Part shown: positions 38,090 to 48,800 of the stretch, piece by piece
Position numbering within the stretch: the stretch's first letter is position 1
How the letters are laid out: every line of letters begins with the position of its first letter
Source of the DNA: Phycisphaerae bacterium
GTDB lineage: Bacteria; Planctomycetota; Phycisphaerae; JAJVII01
Assembly: GCA_022072085.1 (NCBI GenBank)
Contig: JAJVII010000008.1
Span: 64,920-128,919 of the forward strand
Direction: 5' to 3'
Length of the DNA stretch: 64,000 bases
The notes under the pieces: model-generated
What the model was told of the DNA's origin: nothing
The model's database searches: none
What the model saw: the letters and a program-made list of their open reading frames with translations, nothing else
Translations under genes and position numbers: made by a program

Positions 38090-38163
38090 TGGGCGATACA
38101 GGACTTGAACCTGTGACCTCTTGCATGTCGAGCAAGCGCTCTAGCCAACTGAGCTAATCGCCC
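38090..38163 (-). tRNA. tRNA, probable tRNA-Val (anticodon GAC); C at the normally U33 position
   Basis: Reverse complement folds as cloverleaf: acceptor GGGCGAT/ATCGCCC, D-arm GCTC AGTTGGCTA GAGC, anticodon stem CTTGC/GCAAG with loop UCGACAU, T-arm ACAGG UUCAAGU CCUGU, discriminator A. CCA not encoded. Confidence 0.75.
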
Positions 38164-38239
38164 GCGGCCACTCTTTATATCCCCTTCCAACGAACGCCGT
38201 CAAGCCTCAATTGCCCGGCTGGGGCTGGCCCGGCCGCAA

Positions 38240-38268
38240 ATTGATAAGACCCGCATCCGTCTCTATAA
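38240..38268 (+). promoter_or_regulatory. Canonical sigma-70 promoter (TTGATA-17 bp-TATAAT) upstream of mutL
   Basis: TTGATA at 38240-38245, 17-nt spacer, TATAAT at 38263-38268; ~48 bp upstream of the mutL ATG. Confidence 0.5.
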
Positions 38269-38316
38269 TGCCCCTCGCGTGAGCGGACCGGCGCCAAACT
38301 TTCGACGGGGCCCAGG

Positions 38317-40242
38317 ATGGGTCGAGTACATGTCCTGCCTGCCAACCTGGTGAACAAGATCGCCGCGGGCGAGGTGATCGAGCGGCCGGCGTCCGTCGTC
38401 AAGGAACTGGTCGAGAACGCACTGGACGCCGGGGCATCGCGGATCGAGATCGCCATCGAGGCCGGCGGAAAGGGCCTCGTCCGCGTCGCCGACGACGGCG
38501 TCGGCATGGACCGCGACGACCTGGCCCTGTGCGTCCAGCCGCACGCCACCAGCAAGCTGAACGACGAGAGCGACCTGTTCGCGCTGCACACGATGGGCTT
38601 CCGCGGCGAGGCCCTGCCCAGCATCGGTTCGGTCTCGCAGATGCGCCTCTGCACCCGCACCGCCGACAGCGACGCCGCATGGGCCGTCGACGTCGACGGC
38701 GGGCGGATCGCCCCGCCGACGCCGGCTGCCGGTTCGCCCGGCACGGTCGTCGAGGTCCGCAACCTCTTCTTCAACACGCCGGCCCGGCGGAAATTCCTCA
38801 AGGCCGATTCCACCGAGATGGCCCAGATCAGCGAGGCCCTGGCCCGCATCGCCCTGGCCCACACCGAGGTTGCGTTCCGCCTGACGCACAACGGGCGGCT
38901 GGCCTACGATCTGCCGGCCACTGAGGATCTCGCGCGGCGCATCGGCGACTTCTTCGGCGGCGACCTGGCCGACACGCTGATGCCCGTCGATCTCGCGCCG
39001 GCCGACGACCAGTCGCCGGGCATCCGCGGGCTGATCGCCCCGCCGCAGCACTCGCGCCCGTCGGCCAAGTGGCAGTACGTCTTCCTCAACGGCCGCTACA
39101 TCCGCGACCGGTTCGTCCAGCACGCGATGCGCGAAGCCTACCGCGGGCTGATGGAGCCGTCGCGGCAGCCGGTGGTCTTCCTGTTCATCCTGCTGCCGCC
39201 CGAACTGGTCGACTTCAACGTCCACCCGACCAAGATCGAGGTGCGGTTCGCCGACAGCAACCGGATCCACTCGGCCGTCCTGCGGGCGTTGCGCGATCGG
39301 CTGACGCGGACGGACCTGACCCACGCCGGCCGCGGGCCACGGGAGGCCTCGACGCCCGAACCGGACGAGCCGATCGCCGACGAGGACGAGTCCGCCCGGC
39401 AGGAGCGTATCCGCCTGGCGATGGCCGAGTTCTTTCGACGGGCCGAGCCCGTGCAGCGCCGTATGGTCTTCGAGCCCGAAGCCGGCGCCAAACAACCGAC
39501 CGAGCCGCTACCCCCCTACGAGCGACGCGCAGCCGCCACGCCGCTGTTCGAGGGCCGCCCGGGCCAGCCGCCCTCCCCAGACGCCCCAGACGCGCCGCCG
39601 ACCGACGCCTCCGCAGCCGCCCGCGTAGGCGATGTGCCGCGCGAGCGGATCGACCTGCCGCCACCGGGCGCCCCGGTCGTGCAGATTCACAACACCTACC
39701 TGGTCACGCAGACCGACGACGGGCTGCTCATCATCGACCAGCACGCCCTGCACGAGCGGATCATGTATGAGACGCTCTACGCCCGGCTGGTGGACCCGGC
39801 CAAGGCGGGCCTCCAGGGCCAGCGGCTGCTGATCCCGCAGCGCGTTTCGCTGGGCGAGCCGCAGGTGGCGTTGCTGCTGGAGAATGAGGGACTGCTGGCC
39901 CAACTCGGCATCGAGTTGTCGCGGTTCGGCCGAGGCGAGGTGGCGATCCAGTCGTTCCCGGCACTGCTGGAGCGGCTGGACCCGGCGCAGTTCATCCGCG
40001 ACCTGGCCGATCGGCTGGCCGACGCCCCGCCGTCGGGCAAGGAGGCGTTCGTTCACGAGGTGCTGGACATGATGGCCTGCAAGGCAGCCGTCAAGGCCGG
40101 CGATCCGCTGACGCCCGAGGAGATCGCCGCCCTGCTGGCTCAGCGCGACCTGGTCGAGCGTTCCAGCAACTGCCCCCACGGCCGCCCGACGACCTTGCGG
40201 TTCTCCATCGCAGAACTCGAAAAGCAATTCAAGCGAAGATGA
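38317..40242 (+). CDS. mutL: DNA mismatch repair protein MutL
   Basis: GHKL ATPase motifs: KIAAGEVIERPASVVKELVENALDAG, DDGVGM. C-terminal dimerisation domain. Confidence 0.95.
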   Translation: MGRVHVLPANLVNKIAAGEVIERPASVVKELVENALDAGASRIEIAIEAGGKGLVRVADDGVGMDRDDLALCVQPHATSKLNDESDLFALHTMGFRGEALPSIGSVSQMRLCTRTADSDAAWAVDVDGGRIAPPTPAAGSPGTVVEVRNLFFNTPARRKFLKADSTEMAQISEALARIALAHTEVAFRLTHNGRLAYDLPATEDLARRIGDFFGGDLADTLMPVDLAPADDQSPGIRGLIAPPQHSRPSAKWQYVFLNGRYIRDRFVQHAMREAYRGLMEPSRQPVVFLFILLPPELVDFNVHPTKIEVRFADSNRIHSAVLRALRDRLTRTDLTHAGRGPREASTPEPDEPIADEDESARQERIRLAMAEFFRRAEPVQRRMVFEPEAGAKQPTEPLPPYERRAAATPLFEGRPGQPPSPDAPDAPPTDASAAARVGDVPRERIDLPPPGAPVVQIHNTYLVTQTDDGLLIIDQHALHERIMYETLYARLVDPAKAGLQGQRLLIPQRVSLGEPQVALLLENEGLLAQLGIELSRFGRGEVAIQSFPALLERLDPAQFIRDLADRLADAPPSGKEAFVHEVLDMMACKAAVKAGDPLTPEEIAALLAQRDLVERSSNCPHGRPTTLRFSIAELEKQFKRR

Positions 40243-40248
40243 TTCGCC

Positions 40249-40336
40249 GCTGAGGCGCAGAGACGCTGAGGAAGACCCGAATAAGATCAGGCGGACACCG
40301 ATTGTCCGATTTTCTCAGCGGCTCTGCGCCTCAGCG
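40249..40336. repeat. Structured inverted-repeat element between convergent mutL and rsmB: 18-bp perfect IR (CGCCGCTGAGGCGCAGAG ... CTCTGCGCCTCAGCGGCG) enclosing an inner palindrome CGGACAccgatTGTCCG
   Basis: Read directly in sequence. Outer arms at 40249-40266 and 40319-40336; inner hairpin at ~40295-40311. Confidence 0.45.
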
Positions 40337-40342
40337 GCGAAA

Positions 40343-41754
40343 TCAGCGTACGCGTTCGAGAACGGCCCAGTAGCCGCCGTCGAAGTCGCGCTCCAGGGAC
40401 GGGAGGGTCAGCTTGTCGCGAACGAGGCGGACCTGGCCCTGGCGGCGGGCGATGGCGTGCTTCACGACGCCCTCGTTCTCCTCCGGCTCCAGCGAGCAGG
40501 TCGAGTAGACCAGCAGGCCGTGCACCGCAACCCAGTTCAGCCCGTCCATCAGCAACTCCCGTTGAAGCCGCGTCAGGTCGGACAGGGAATCCGCAGAGTC
40601 CAGCCGCCAGCGGGCCTCGGGCCGCCGGGCCAGCACGCCGCTGTTGCTGCACGGGGCGTCGACCAGCACGCGGCTGACCGGCTCGGCTTCCAGCAGCGTC
40701 TCGGGCATGTTATCGGCCGCCAGCGAGGTCACGATGTGGCAGCCCATCCGCTTGCAGTTGGTCGTGATGCGGTCCAGGTCCGCGGGGCTCACGTCCACCG
40801 CCCAGACGCGGCCGGCGTCGTTCATCCGCTCCACGATCTGCGTCGTCTTCGTGCCCGGCGCGGCGCAGCGGTCCAGGACGTTGAGGCCCGGCCGAAGGGC
40901 CATCTGCTCGACGACGGCCGCCGCGGTCGCGTCCTGCGGCTGGATCAGCCCCTCGCGCAGGCAGCGCGACGCCAGGGCGTCGCCGGCCCTGATCCGCAGC
41001 AGCGACGAACCGGGCGCGACCGGCTCGGCCTCGACGTTGTCGGCTGACAGCAGCCGCACGGTCTCCTCCGGCGTGACGCGCAGCGTGTTGATCCGCACGG
41101 TCATGCCCGGCCGACGGTTCTGGGCCCGCGCGACCGACAGGGCCCGCTCCAGGCCCCACTGTTTGACCCAGCGGGCCGTCAGCCACGGCGGGAAGGAGTA
41201 GGCGTCGGCCAGCCACTGCCCCGGCTGACTCTTGGGCGGGGCGAAGATGTCGCGGTCCAGCACGGCGTAGCCGTCGGCCGTCTCGATCAGACGGCGCCGA
41301 TCCGACCCGCGAGCCGACTCGGCGTGGCTGCGCGAGCCGGCCAGCGAACGGAGCAGGCCGTTGATGAACCCGCCGATGGAGTCGGGATGTTTGCGCAGCC
41401 GCGGCCGGGCCCACTGCTTGCCCAGCTCGACGGTCTGATCGACCGCGGCGTGATCGGGGATGCGGCTGGTGAACAGGAGTTGGTAGGCGCCCAGCCGAAG
41501 CAGCAGGGCCAGCGGCGGAGCGATCTTGGCGATCGCGCGGGAGCTGAACGCCTCGATGACCAGGTCGAGCGTCCGCTGGTGGCGGATGACCCCGGCAGCC
41601 AGTTCGTAGGCCAACCCGCGGTCGCGGGTGTCTAGTTCGGTGGGCTCGGCCAGCGTGTCGAAGACGTCGGCCAGGAACGGCCCGCGCGGCCGGACGCGAG
41701 TGAGGGCCTCGGCAGCCAGCGAACGGGCGTCAGTGATCGGTTGAGAACGCGGCA
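40343..41754 (-). CDS. rsmB: 16S rRNA (cytosine967-C5)-methyltransferase RsmB/Sun
   Basis: N-terminal NusB-like domain (ARSLAAEALTRV..., LAYELAAGVIRHQRTLD). SAM-MTase motifs (VLDAPCSNSGVLARRPEARW, YSTCSLEPEENEGVV). Start at ATG 41754 with GAAGGA RBS; the upstream part of the track ORF is non-coding-like. Confidence 0.9.
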
Positions 41755-41775
41755 TGCGGGTTCCTTCGTGCGGGT

Positions 41776-42726
41776 TCAGGAGATCGGGCAGAAGCGGTCG
41801 CCCGGGGCGAGGTGGCGGCCGCGTGCAAAGTCGGCGAAGCTCATTTCCTTTCGGCCGGCCGGCTTGACCTCGAGCAGTTTCACGCGGCCCAGCGCGGCGG
41901 CGACGGTCAAATCCTCGGCCACCGTGCCCGGTTCGACGGCCGGCCCGCCTTCGCCGGCACTCGCAACGGCCCGCACGAGGACGACTTCCTCGGCGCGGCC
42001 GCGATGGGTCACCAACTCCGCCCGCGCCCCGGGCCATGGATAGAGGCCGCGGATGCGACTGGCGACGACAGCCGCCGGCTGCCGCCAGTCGATCGCGCCG
42101 TCGCTCTTGTGGAGCTTGGGCGCGGGCGACGCGAGGGAGTGGTCCTGCTCGACGAAGCGGGCCGATCCGTCGGCGACGGCGTCCAGCGTCGCCAGGATCG
42201 CGTCGGGGCCCATGCCCGCGAGGCGCTGCCGCAGTTCGCCGGCGGTCTCGGTCGGATCGAGCGGCGTGCGCGACTGGTAGACGATCGGCCCGGCGTCCAT
42301 CTTCTCGACCAGGCGGAAGACGGTCAGGCCCGTCTCGGTTTCGCCGTTGATGACGGCCCAGGAGATCGGCGCCGCCCCGCGGTAGCGCGGCAGCAGCGAG
42401 CTGTGCAGGTTGACGCAGCGATGGGGGAAGCCGGCCATCACCGCTTCGCCCAGCTTCTGGCCGTAGGCGATGACCACGCCGATGTCGGCGCCCCAACCGG
42501 CCAGCGTCGTCAGCGCGCCGGGGGCGTTGATGCTGTCCGGCTTGATCAGCGGCAGGCCATGGGCCGTCGCCCAGTCGGCCACCGGGGTGGGCGTGAGATG
42601 CCGCCCGCGGCCGGCGGGCCGATCGGGCTGGCTGACGACGCCGACCAGCGCGTGCCGCGGGCAGTCAGCCAGCGCGTCCAGCGTGGGCAGCGCGAAGTCG
42701 TCGGAGCCAAGGAAGGCAACTTTCAT
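41776..42726 (-). CDS. fmt: Methionyl-tRNA formyltransferase
   Basis: MKVAFLGSDDFALPTLDAL..., HRCVNLHSSLLPRYRGAAPISWAVINGETETGLTVF (formyltransferase SLLP motif). Classic fmt-rsmB arrangement. Confidence 0.9.
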   Translation of the reverse strand: MKVAFLGSDDFALPTLDALADCPRHALVGVVSQPDRPAGRGRHLTPTPVADWATAHGLPLIKPDSINAPGALTTLAGWGADIGVVIAYGQKLGEAVMAGFPHRCVNLHSSLLPRYRGAAPISWAVINGETETGLTVFRLVEKMDAGPIVYQSRTPLDPTETAGELRQRLAGMGPDAILATLDAVADGSARFVEQDHSLASPAPKLHKSDGAIDWRQPAAVVASRIRGLYPWPGARAELVTHRGRAEEVVLVRAVASAGEGGPAVEPGTVAEDLTVAAALGRVKLLEVKPAGRKEMSFADFARGRHLAPGDRFCPIS

Positions 42727-42963
42727 GCGGGGGATTCTACGACGGCGGAGCGCGGAACGGAACTGCAAAGGTCCGCCCGCCTGGGCCGGCGGCGTAGGGG
42801 GCGAAGTTGAATGGACGGGCGGCCCGCGGGGCCTTAATATATAGACGAAAGGCACATACGGCGGTCATTGGGTGTTGACAGGAATCGGAGGTCCGTTATC
42901 CTAGTCTGGCTTGCGGCCGGTCCACGCCAACGGACCCGAGCCGAACACCCTCGGCGGTACAAG

Positions 42964-44421
42964 ATGGCAGAAGAAAACAACAGCGCCGAACAACTCGATA
43001 CCGAGCCGGCCCTGAAGCGCGACCCGCGGACGGCAAAGCGTTTCTTTGAACGCGCCGCCGAGGTGGCTGCCACGGGCAGCTACGACTACGCCATCGACCT
43101 CTACCGCGACGGGTTGAAATTCGACCCCGAGGACGTGGAGGCCGGGCATAAGCACCTGCGCGAGGTGGCCCTGCGTCGAAAGGCCAACGGCGGCAAGAAG
43201 CCCGGCCTGCGCGACCAGGCCAACTACCGCAAAGCCCGCAGCCCGCTGGACAAGCTGCTGGCGTCGGAATACATGCTGGCCAAGGAGCCCGACAATCCGC
43301 GATACGCCGAGTCGGTGATGTCGGCCGCCCTGAAACTGGGGGCCGAGAAGACCGCCCTGTGGTTCGCCAAGCTGCTGATCGAGCTGAACCGCGAGTCGGG
43401 CAAGCCGACGGTGGAACGGACCCTGGCCGCCGCCGACGCGATGGAGGCGGTGCGCGCGTTCGCCGAGGCGGCCAACGCCGTGCAGTTCGCCCTGCACCTG
43501 AAGCCCAACGACCAGGGGCTGCTGACGCGGCTGAAGAACCTGTCGGCTGAAGCAACGATGAAGCGCGGCCGATACGACGAGGAAGGCGGCGACTTCCACA
43601 AGTCGATGGACAACGCCAAGGCCCAGGCCGAACTCCAGGAAGAGCAGCGGCTGGTGCAGCGCGAGGACGTGATCGACCGGCAGATCGACAAGGCCCGCGA
43701 AGAATACGAGGCCGAGCCCGAAGTGCCCGGCAAGATATTCTCGCTGGTCGACCTGCTCCAGAAGCGCAGCCGTGAGGAAGAGGAGAACGAGGCCATCGCG
43801 GTGCTGGACAGGGAATGGAAACGGTCCAGCCAGTATCGCTACAAGGAGCGGATCGGCGACATCCGCATGCGGCAGAACCGCCGCAAGGCGCAATCCGCGT
43901 TGGAGGACCTCAAGGCCGCCCCGGGCGATCCGGAACTCCGCCGCCGGGCGCAGCAGATTTCCGTCCAGGCGCGAGCCTTCGAGGAGCAGGAATTCGGCGA
44001 GCGGGTCACCAACTACCCGACGGACATGTCGCTGAAGTTCGAGTACGCCCGGCGGCTGTTCCTGAACAGCAAGTTCGACCAGGCGATCCCGCTGCTCCAG
44101 CAGGCCGAGGCAGACCCGAAGAACCGGTTCCGGGCGATGAGCCTGCTGGGCCAGGCGTTCTTCAACCTGAAGTTCTTCAGCGAGGCGGCCGACACGTTCC
44201 GCCGGGCGATCAGTTCAATGGAAGTCACCGGCAACGACATCAGCAAGGAAATGCACTATCACCTCGGTCGGGCGCTGGAGGAGATGGGCAGCACCAAGGA
44301 TGCCTTGGCCGCGTTCAGCCAGGTGCTTCAGTGGGATTTCAACTTCCGCGACGTGCGCGATCGGATCAAGGCTTTGCGTGAGAAACAGGAAGGCGGCAAC
44401 GGCGCCTCTCCGGAACAGTAA
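42964..44421 (+). CDS. Tetratricopeptide-repeat (TPR) protein, cytoplasmic
   Basis: Start at ATG 42964 (MAEENNSAEQL). Repeated TPR-like helices (YDYAIDLYRDGLKFDPEDVEAG..., AMSLLGQAFFNLKFFSEAADTFRRA, YHLGRALEEMGSTKDALAAFSQVL). Confidence 0.6.
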   Translation: MAEENNSAEQLDTEPALKRDPRTAKRFFERAAEVAATGSYDYAIDLYRDGLKFDPEDVEAGHKHLREVALRRKANGGKKPGLRDQANYRKARSPLDKLLASEYMLAKEPDNPRYAESVMSAALKLGAEKTALWFAKLLIELNRESGKPTVERTLAAADAMEAVRAFAEAANAVQFALHLKPNDQGLLTRLKNLSAEATMKRGRYDEEGGDFHKSMDNAKAQAELQEEQRLVQREDVIDRQIDKAREEYEAEPEVPGKIFSLVDLLQKRSREEEENEAIAVLDREWKRSSQYRYKERIGDIRMRQNRRKAQSALEDLKAAPGDPELRRRAQQISVQARAFEEQEFGERVTNYPTDMSLKFEYARRLFLNSKFDQAIPLLQQAEADPKNRFRAMSLLGQAFFNLKFFSEAADTFRRAISSMEVTGNDISKEMHYHLGRALEEMGSTKDALAAFSQVLQWDFNFRDVRDRIKALREKQEGGNGASPEQ

Positions 44422-44478
44422 CCTTCAGACCGCTGACCCCTTACAGGCATCAGCACTCAGTAGCGAGGACTCCAACAG

Positions 44479-44754
44479 GTGGCAAAGAGCGTATCGGCTA
44501 AGAAGCGTATTCGACAGAACGCCCGCCTTCGCGATCGCAACCGCGGCCGCAAGACCCGGCTGAAGAACGAGCTGCGCAAGGCCCGCGCCGCCGCCGACTC
44601 CGGCGACGCTGCACAGGCACAGGCCGAGCTGCGCAGCGCCAGCAAGGTCATCGACCAGATCGCCTCCAAGGGCACGATCCACAAGAACAAGGCCTCGCGG
44701 CTGAAGTCGCGCCTGGCCAAGCGGGCGAACAAGGCCAAGACCCGCTCAGCCTGA
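44479..44754 (+). CDS. rpsT: 30S ribosomal protein S20
   Basis: MAKSVSAKKRIRQNARLRDRNRGRKTRLKNELRK...HKNKASRLKSRLAKR. Confidence 0.95.
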   Translation: MAKSVSAKKRIRQNARLRDRNRGRKTRLKNELRKARAAADSGDAAQAQAELRSASKVIDQIASKGTIHKNKASRLKSRLAKRANKAKTRSA

Positions 44755-44781
44755 CCGCGCGGCACCGTTTTGACTCTCACG

Positions 44782-44816
44782 GGGCGGACGGCCAGGTCGG
44801 TCCGCCCTGTTTGCTG
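44782..44816 (+). terminator. Rho-independent terminator after rpsT
   Basis: GGGCGGACggccaggtcGGTCCGCCC hairpin followed by TGTTTGCT. Confidence 0.5.
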
Positions 44817-44857
44817 CGCGGAGGCGTCCTTCCCCCGCGCCACGACGGAGCACCGCA

Positions 44858-45442
44858 ATGGACACCCCCGCGCCCGTCCGACGGTTCGTGTCGCGCGGCG
44901 GCGACAAACTCGACGCCGCGCTGGCCGCCTTCGTCGTCGACCCGACGGCCCGCGTCTGCGCGGACCTTGGCTGCAATGTCGGAGGGTTTACCGACTGCCT
45001 GCTGCGACATGGCGCGACGCGCGTCTACGCCGTCGACACCGGCTACGGGGCGCTGGATTACGGCCTGCGCCGGGACGCCCGCGTCGTGGTCATGGAACGG
45101 ACCAACGCGATGCACGTCGAATTGCCCGAGCCGGTGACGCTCGTCGCCATCGACGTCGCCTGGACGCGGCAGGAGAAGATAATCCCCGCCGCCGCCCGGC
45201 TGCTGGCCGACGGGGGCGACCTGATATCGCTCATCAAGCCGGCCTACGAACTGGGACCCAAGGCCCTGCGCGATGGCCGCCTCAGCCTGGAGCAGGCCGA
45301 CGAACTGCTGGCAAGCCTCCGCCGCTCACTGGCCTATGTCGCCGGCCTGCGGTGGATCGCCGACATCCCCTCGCCCGTGGTCAGCGGCAAGAAGAACCCG
45401 GAATATCTCGCACATTTCAGGAAGTCGGCTTCACCGGCGTGA
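44858..45442 (+). CDS. TlyA-family FtsJ-like rRNA 2'-O-methyltransferase (short form without S4 domain)
   Basis: FVSRGGDKLDAALAAF (TlyA SRGGxKL motif), LGCNVGGFTDCLL (SAM-binding glycine motif), LIKPAYE. Confidence 0.8.
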   Translation: MDTPAPVRRFVSRGGDKLDAALAAFVVDPTARVCADLGCNVGGFTDCLLRHGATRVYAVDTGYGALDYGLRRDARVVVMERTNAMHVELPEPVTLVAIDVAWTRQEKIIPAAARLLADGGDLISLIKPAYELGPKALRDGRLSLEQADELLASLRRSLAYVAGLRWIADIPSPVVSGKKNPEYLAHFRKSASPA

Positions 45443-45821
45443 GTTGCCAGGCGGCTGCGTCCGCATCGCTGCGCCGCAGGACGTATCGCCCCGCGCAGCG
45501 TCCCCCTTGCAGTTCGATCTCCAACTCGTCCGGCCCGACGCGCAGCCAGACGACACGGCCGCTGTCGGCGACGGCCACCCGTCCGCGCCCCCGGCTGACC
45601 GGTCCCTCGTAAGTCAGATAGGCCAGCCGGTGGTCGGACAGTTCCCGCGCCTCGATCGCCCCGCCGCCCGCGCCGGGCAGTTGGGCGATCTGCCACGTGC
45701 GCAGCGTCGGCCCGCGCTGGAGCATGAGGTCAAAGTGCTCGTCGCCGTGTCCGGTGTGGTGCTGGATGACGTAGTCGGCGACGTCGGCGGCCGGCTCGGG
45801 ATGGTCCATGGACTGGCTCAT
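45417..45821 (-). CDS. Stand-alone LigD 3'-phosphoesterase (PE) domain-like protein
   Basis: YVIQHHTGHGDEHFDLMLQ...LRTWQIAQLP...DHRLAYLTYEGPVSRGRGRVAVADSGRV matches the LigD-PE pattern (FVIQKHxASxLHYDxRLE...L.SWAVPKGP...DH...Y..FEG). Start uncertain (ATG 45821 or 45809, no clear RBS). Confidence 0.5.
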   Translation of the reverse strand: MSQSMDHPEPAADVADYVIQHHTGHGDEHFDLMLQRGPTLRTWQIAQLPGAGGGAIEARELSDHRLAYLTYEGPVSRGRGRVAVADSGRVVWLRVGPDELEIELQGGRCAGRYVLRRSDADAAAWQLTPVKPTS

Positions 45822-48800
45822 GGGTTGGCTGGCGCGGTCAGGTCGAACGCCGGCGGCATGACCTTGATCTCCACCTCCGGCAGTTTGGGCGGGCGGAGCA
45901 GCAGGTTGCCCAACGATTCGGGCTCGTAGACTTGCGGGCTCGCCGACGCCCAGGCGCTGTGCTCGCCGCGGATGCCGACGTGCCGCACGACGTTCAGCCG
46001 CCACATGTGCTCACTCACGGCGCCGACCTCCGCGAGCGACTTGCGCGGCACGGCCATCTCGATCACCCAGTCGCCGCGGCGGTTGAAGTTGATCTCGGTG
46101 CGCACGTCCTGGCCCCAGCGTCGCGGGGCGCCCGCGCCGCCCGGACCGGTCAGGCCGCGATAGCCGATCGTTGTGCCGTTGGCCTTGACCGCCAGCCGCA
46201 GCAGGTCGTCGCGACCGAGCCGCCCGCACGTCGGATCCAGCAGCACCTCCACAGCATCCTCGCCGACGATCAGCCCGTCGTCGAGCCGAACGTGGTTGCT
46301 CCACCGCACCCGGATGTCGTCCGGCGTCTGTCCGAGGCAGACAATCAGCAGATATAGGTTCTCGTCGTCGTCGCCGGCCATGAACCAGGTGTCGGCCGGC
46401 TTGCGCGGCGTACCGTAGACCTGGCCCAGCGGCTGGGCCGGCGTCAGCCGATGGAACGCCCCGCCGCGGAAGCTGCTGGTGACCGGCCAGTCGTTCAGCA
46501 GCCCGTCGATCTTCGGCGGTCTGGCGAACCGATGGGCCGGCAGCAACGGAACGTTTGTCGGCAGCTCGGCCAGGTCGCGGTTGCCTTCGGCTACGACCTT
46601 TGTGGGCATCTGGATGCGGCCGTTGCCATCAATGTCCATGTCGCTGCCCTGGGCCATCAGCACCAGCGGCTCGCCCGGTCCGGGCGGGCGCTCGGTCACC
46701 GGCACGTTGAACCGCGTCGCGGCCCACGTCTTGGGCAGTGTGTCGAACAGCACCTTGGGCGGCGGCAGGTCGGCGACCGCTTCCCCCGCGCCGCTGGGCG
46801 AAACCAGCCGCGGCATGTCGGAATAGGTCGCCAGCCGGAACACCGCCTTGACGTGGTTGGTCAGCCCGCCGAACTGGTCGTATTCCTCAGCCAACTGGCC
46901 GGGCAGCAGGCCCATCTGAATCCACGCGGTCTCCTGGCGGAACTGGGCCCACACGATGCGGGCCTCGCGGGCCTTCTCCGGCTCGAGCGGCTCGTGCCGC
47001 GCCGCGAGCATCAGCTCCTGCCGCAGGATCGTGCGGGCGTTGGCGAATGCCGTCGGCGTCCGCATCCAGCCGACCGCCCCGCCCAGCCCCGGCGTCGTCG
47101 AGGCCGCCTGCGCCAGGGCATACTTCACCATCGCCCGGGCGATGATGTCAGCCAGCGCCGCCCGGCCGTGGTCGGCCAGCAGCGTGAGGTAGGCGCAGTC
47201 CTGCTCCGCCTGGCGCAGCCGCTTCAGCCGCAGGCTCTGGATCGGCAGGTCCTGGTCGAACCACTGTCCCGGATAGAACAGGAACCCCGCGTCGTCAGCC
47301 GACAGCGGCTTCTGCCACGGGGACGCGTCGGGCCAGTGCTGCGTCGGGCCCAGCCAGGCGGTGCCCAGGCCGTATCGGCGGGCCATGTAGCCGAGCACTT
47401 CCAACTGCTCGGGCGGCGTGAACAACTCCGTGCTCGGCCGCCACGGCGGGACGCCGTCGCCCAGCCACGCCTCCCCCTGGTGGGCCGTCAGATCGGGGAT
47501 GACCGTCGGGTCAAGGAACTGCGCCGGCGGGCAGTAGACCGTCGCGTGGACCGGCACGGGCCCTTCGCCCGGGCGGCGGGGCCGGCTCGGCGGCTCCATC
47601 GCCCACGGCAGCGGTTCGAGGTAACCGATGTCCAACTCGGTCAGCCGCGTGATTCGGCCGACCGTCAGGGCCTCGGTCTTGCGCTGCGGCGTGAGCCAGT
47701 CGCGCCAATCGCCCGCGCCGTAGGGCAGCGTCGATTGCGGCGGCCGGTCGCGGTGAATCCAGACCAGCGGCTGCGGCCACTTGCGGTCGGCGAAGTGCGT
47801 TCCCACGGCCCGCAGGTACTGATCGGCCACATTGGCATAGGCATCCGACTCGATGCCGCCGTAGAGGTTGGCCGCCGGGTAGTCCAGCCGGAACGGCGCG
47901 ATCGCGTGCGGCGGCGCGCCGTCGCCCTCCAGGCTCGGGCCGACCAGCCGGTCGTAGCCCGTCCAATCCACAACCACCTTGCCCGCGAGGTCGCGTTTGA
48001 AGATCGGGTTCACGTCGCTGACCAGGAAATGCACGCCGTTGGACCGCCCCAGGTCCACCCACTGGGCCAGCCGCTTGCGGGCCAGCGGGGCGATGTGCGG
48101 ATCGTCGAACAACTGCGAGTCGGTCAGTTCCCCGCCGCCCAGTTCGGACGCCAGCATGCGCTTCAGGTCGATCGGCGCCAGCAGCGAGAGCCCCGGCGAA
48201 TCAGGCATCGTCAGCGGCATCACCGTCATCGACACGTCGATCCATTCCTGCGGGCCCTGTTCGGACTCGATAAGCAGCCGCCCGGTGTAGACGCCCGGCT
48301 TGGCGTCGCGTGGGACCGCCACGTCCAGCCAGAGCCGAAGCTGCTCGCCCGCCGGCAGCGTCCACGGCTGGCCGTAGCGGGGATGGTCGATCGGCAGCAG
48401 CGCGTCGTGGAAGTCGCCGAACGCGCGGTTGGCGTCGGTGTCGCGCGTGGGGTCGCCATAGAGCTGATACCAGCCCGGCAGGTCGTTCACGCGGACCGGC
48501 AGGATGCGGTAGATGGTGACGGCGGTGTGGCTGATCGTCGGGGGCTGCGGGCCCAGTGCGACCGGCTGGCCCTGCATGAGGTCGCCCATTCGCAGTCGCA
48601 GGCCCGCGACCTGCCGCGGCGGGAAGTCGATGTGGAACCCCAGCACCTCGCCGCGCAGCCCGGTCAGTTGCAAGCGGCCGTGCTCCTCGTCGAACAGCGG
48701 AACGATCGGCGGCGGGGGCAAGTGGCCCGGCTCGCCGGGCTGAAGCACGCCGGAGGGCCCGATCCGCGGGTTGCCGTCGCCGGCCGCCGGACGCGGAACG

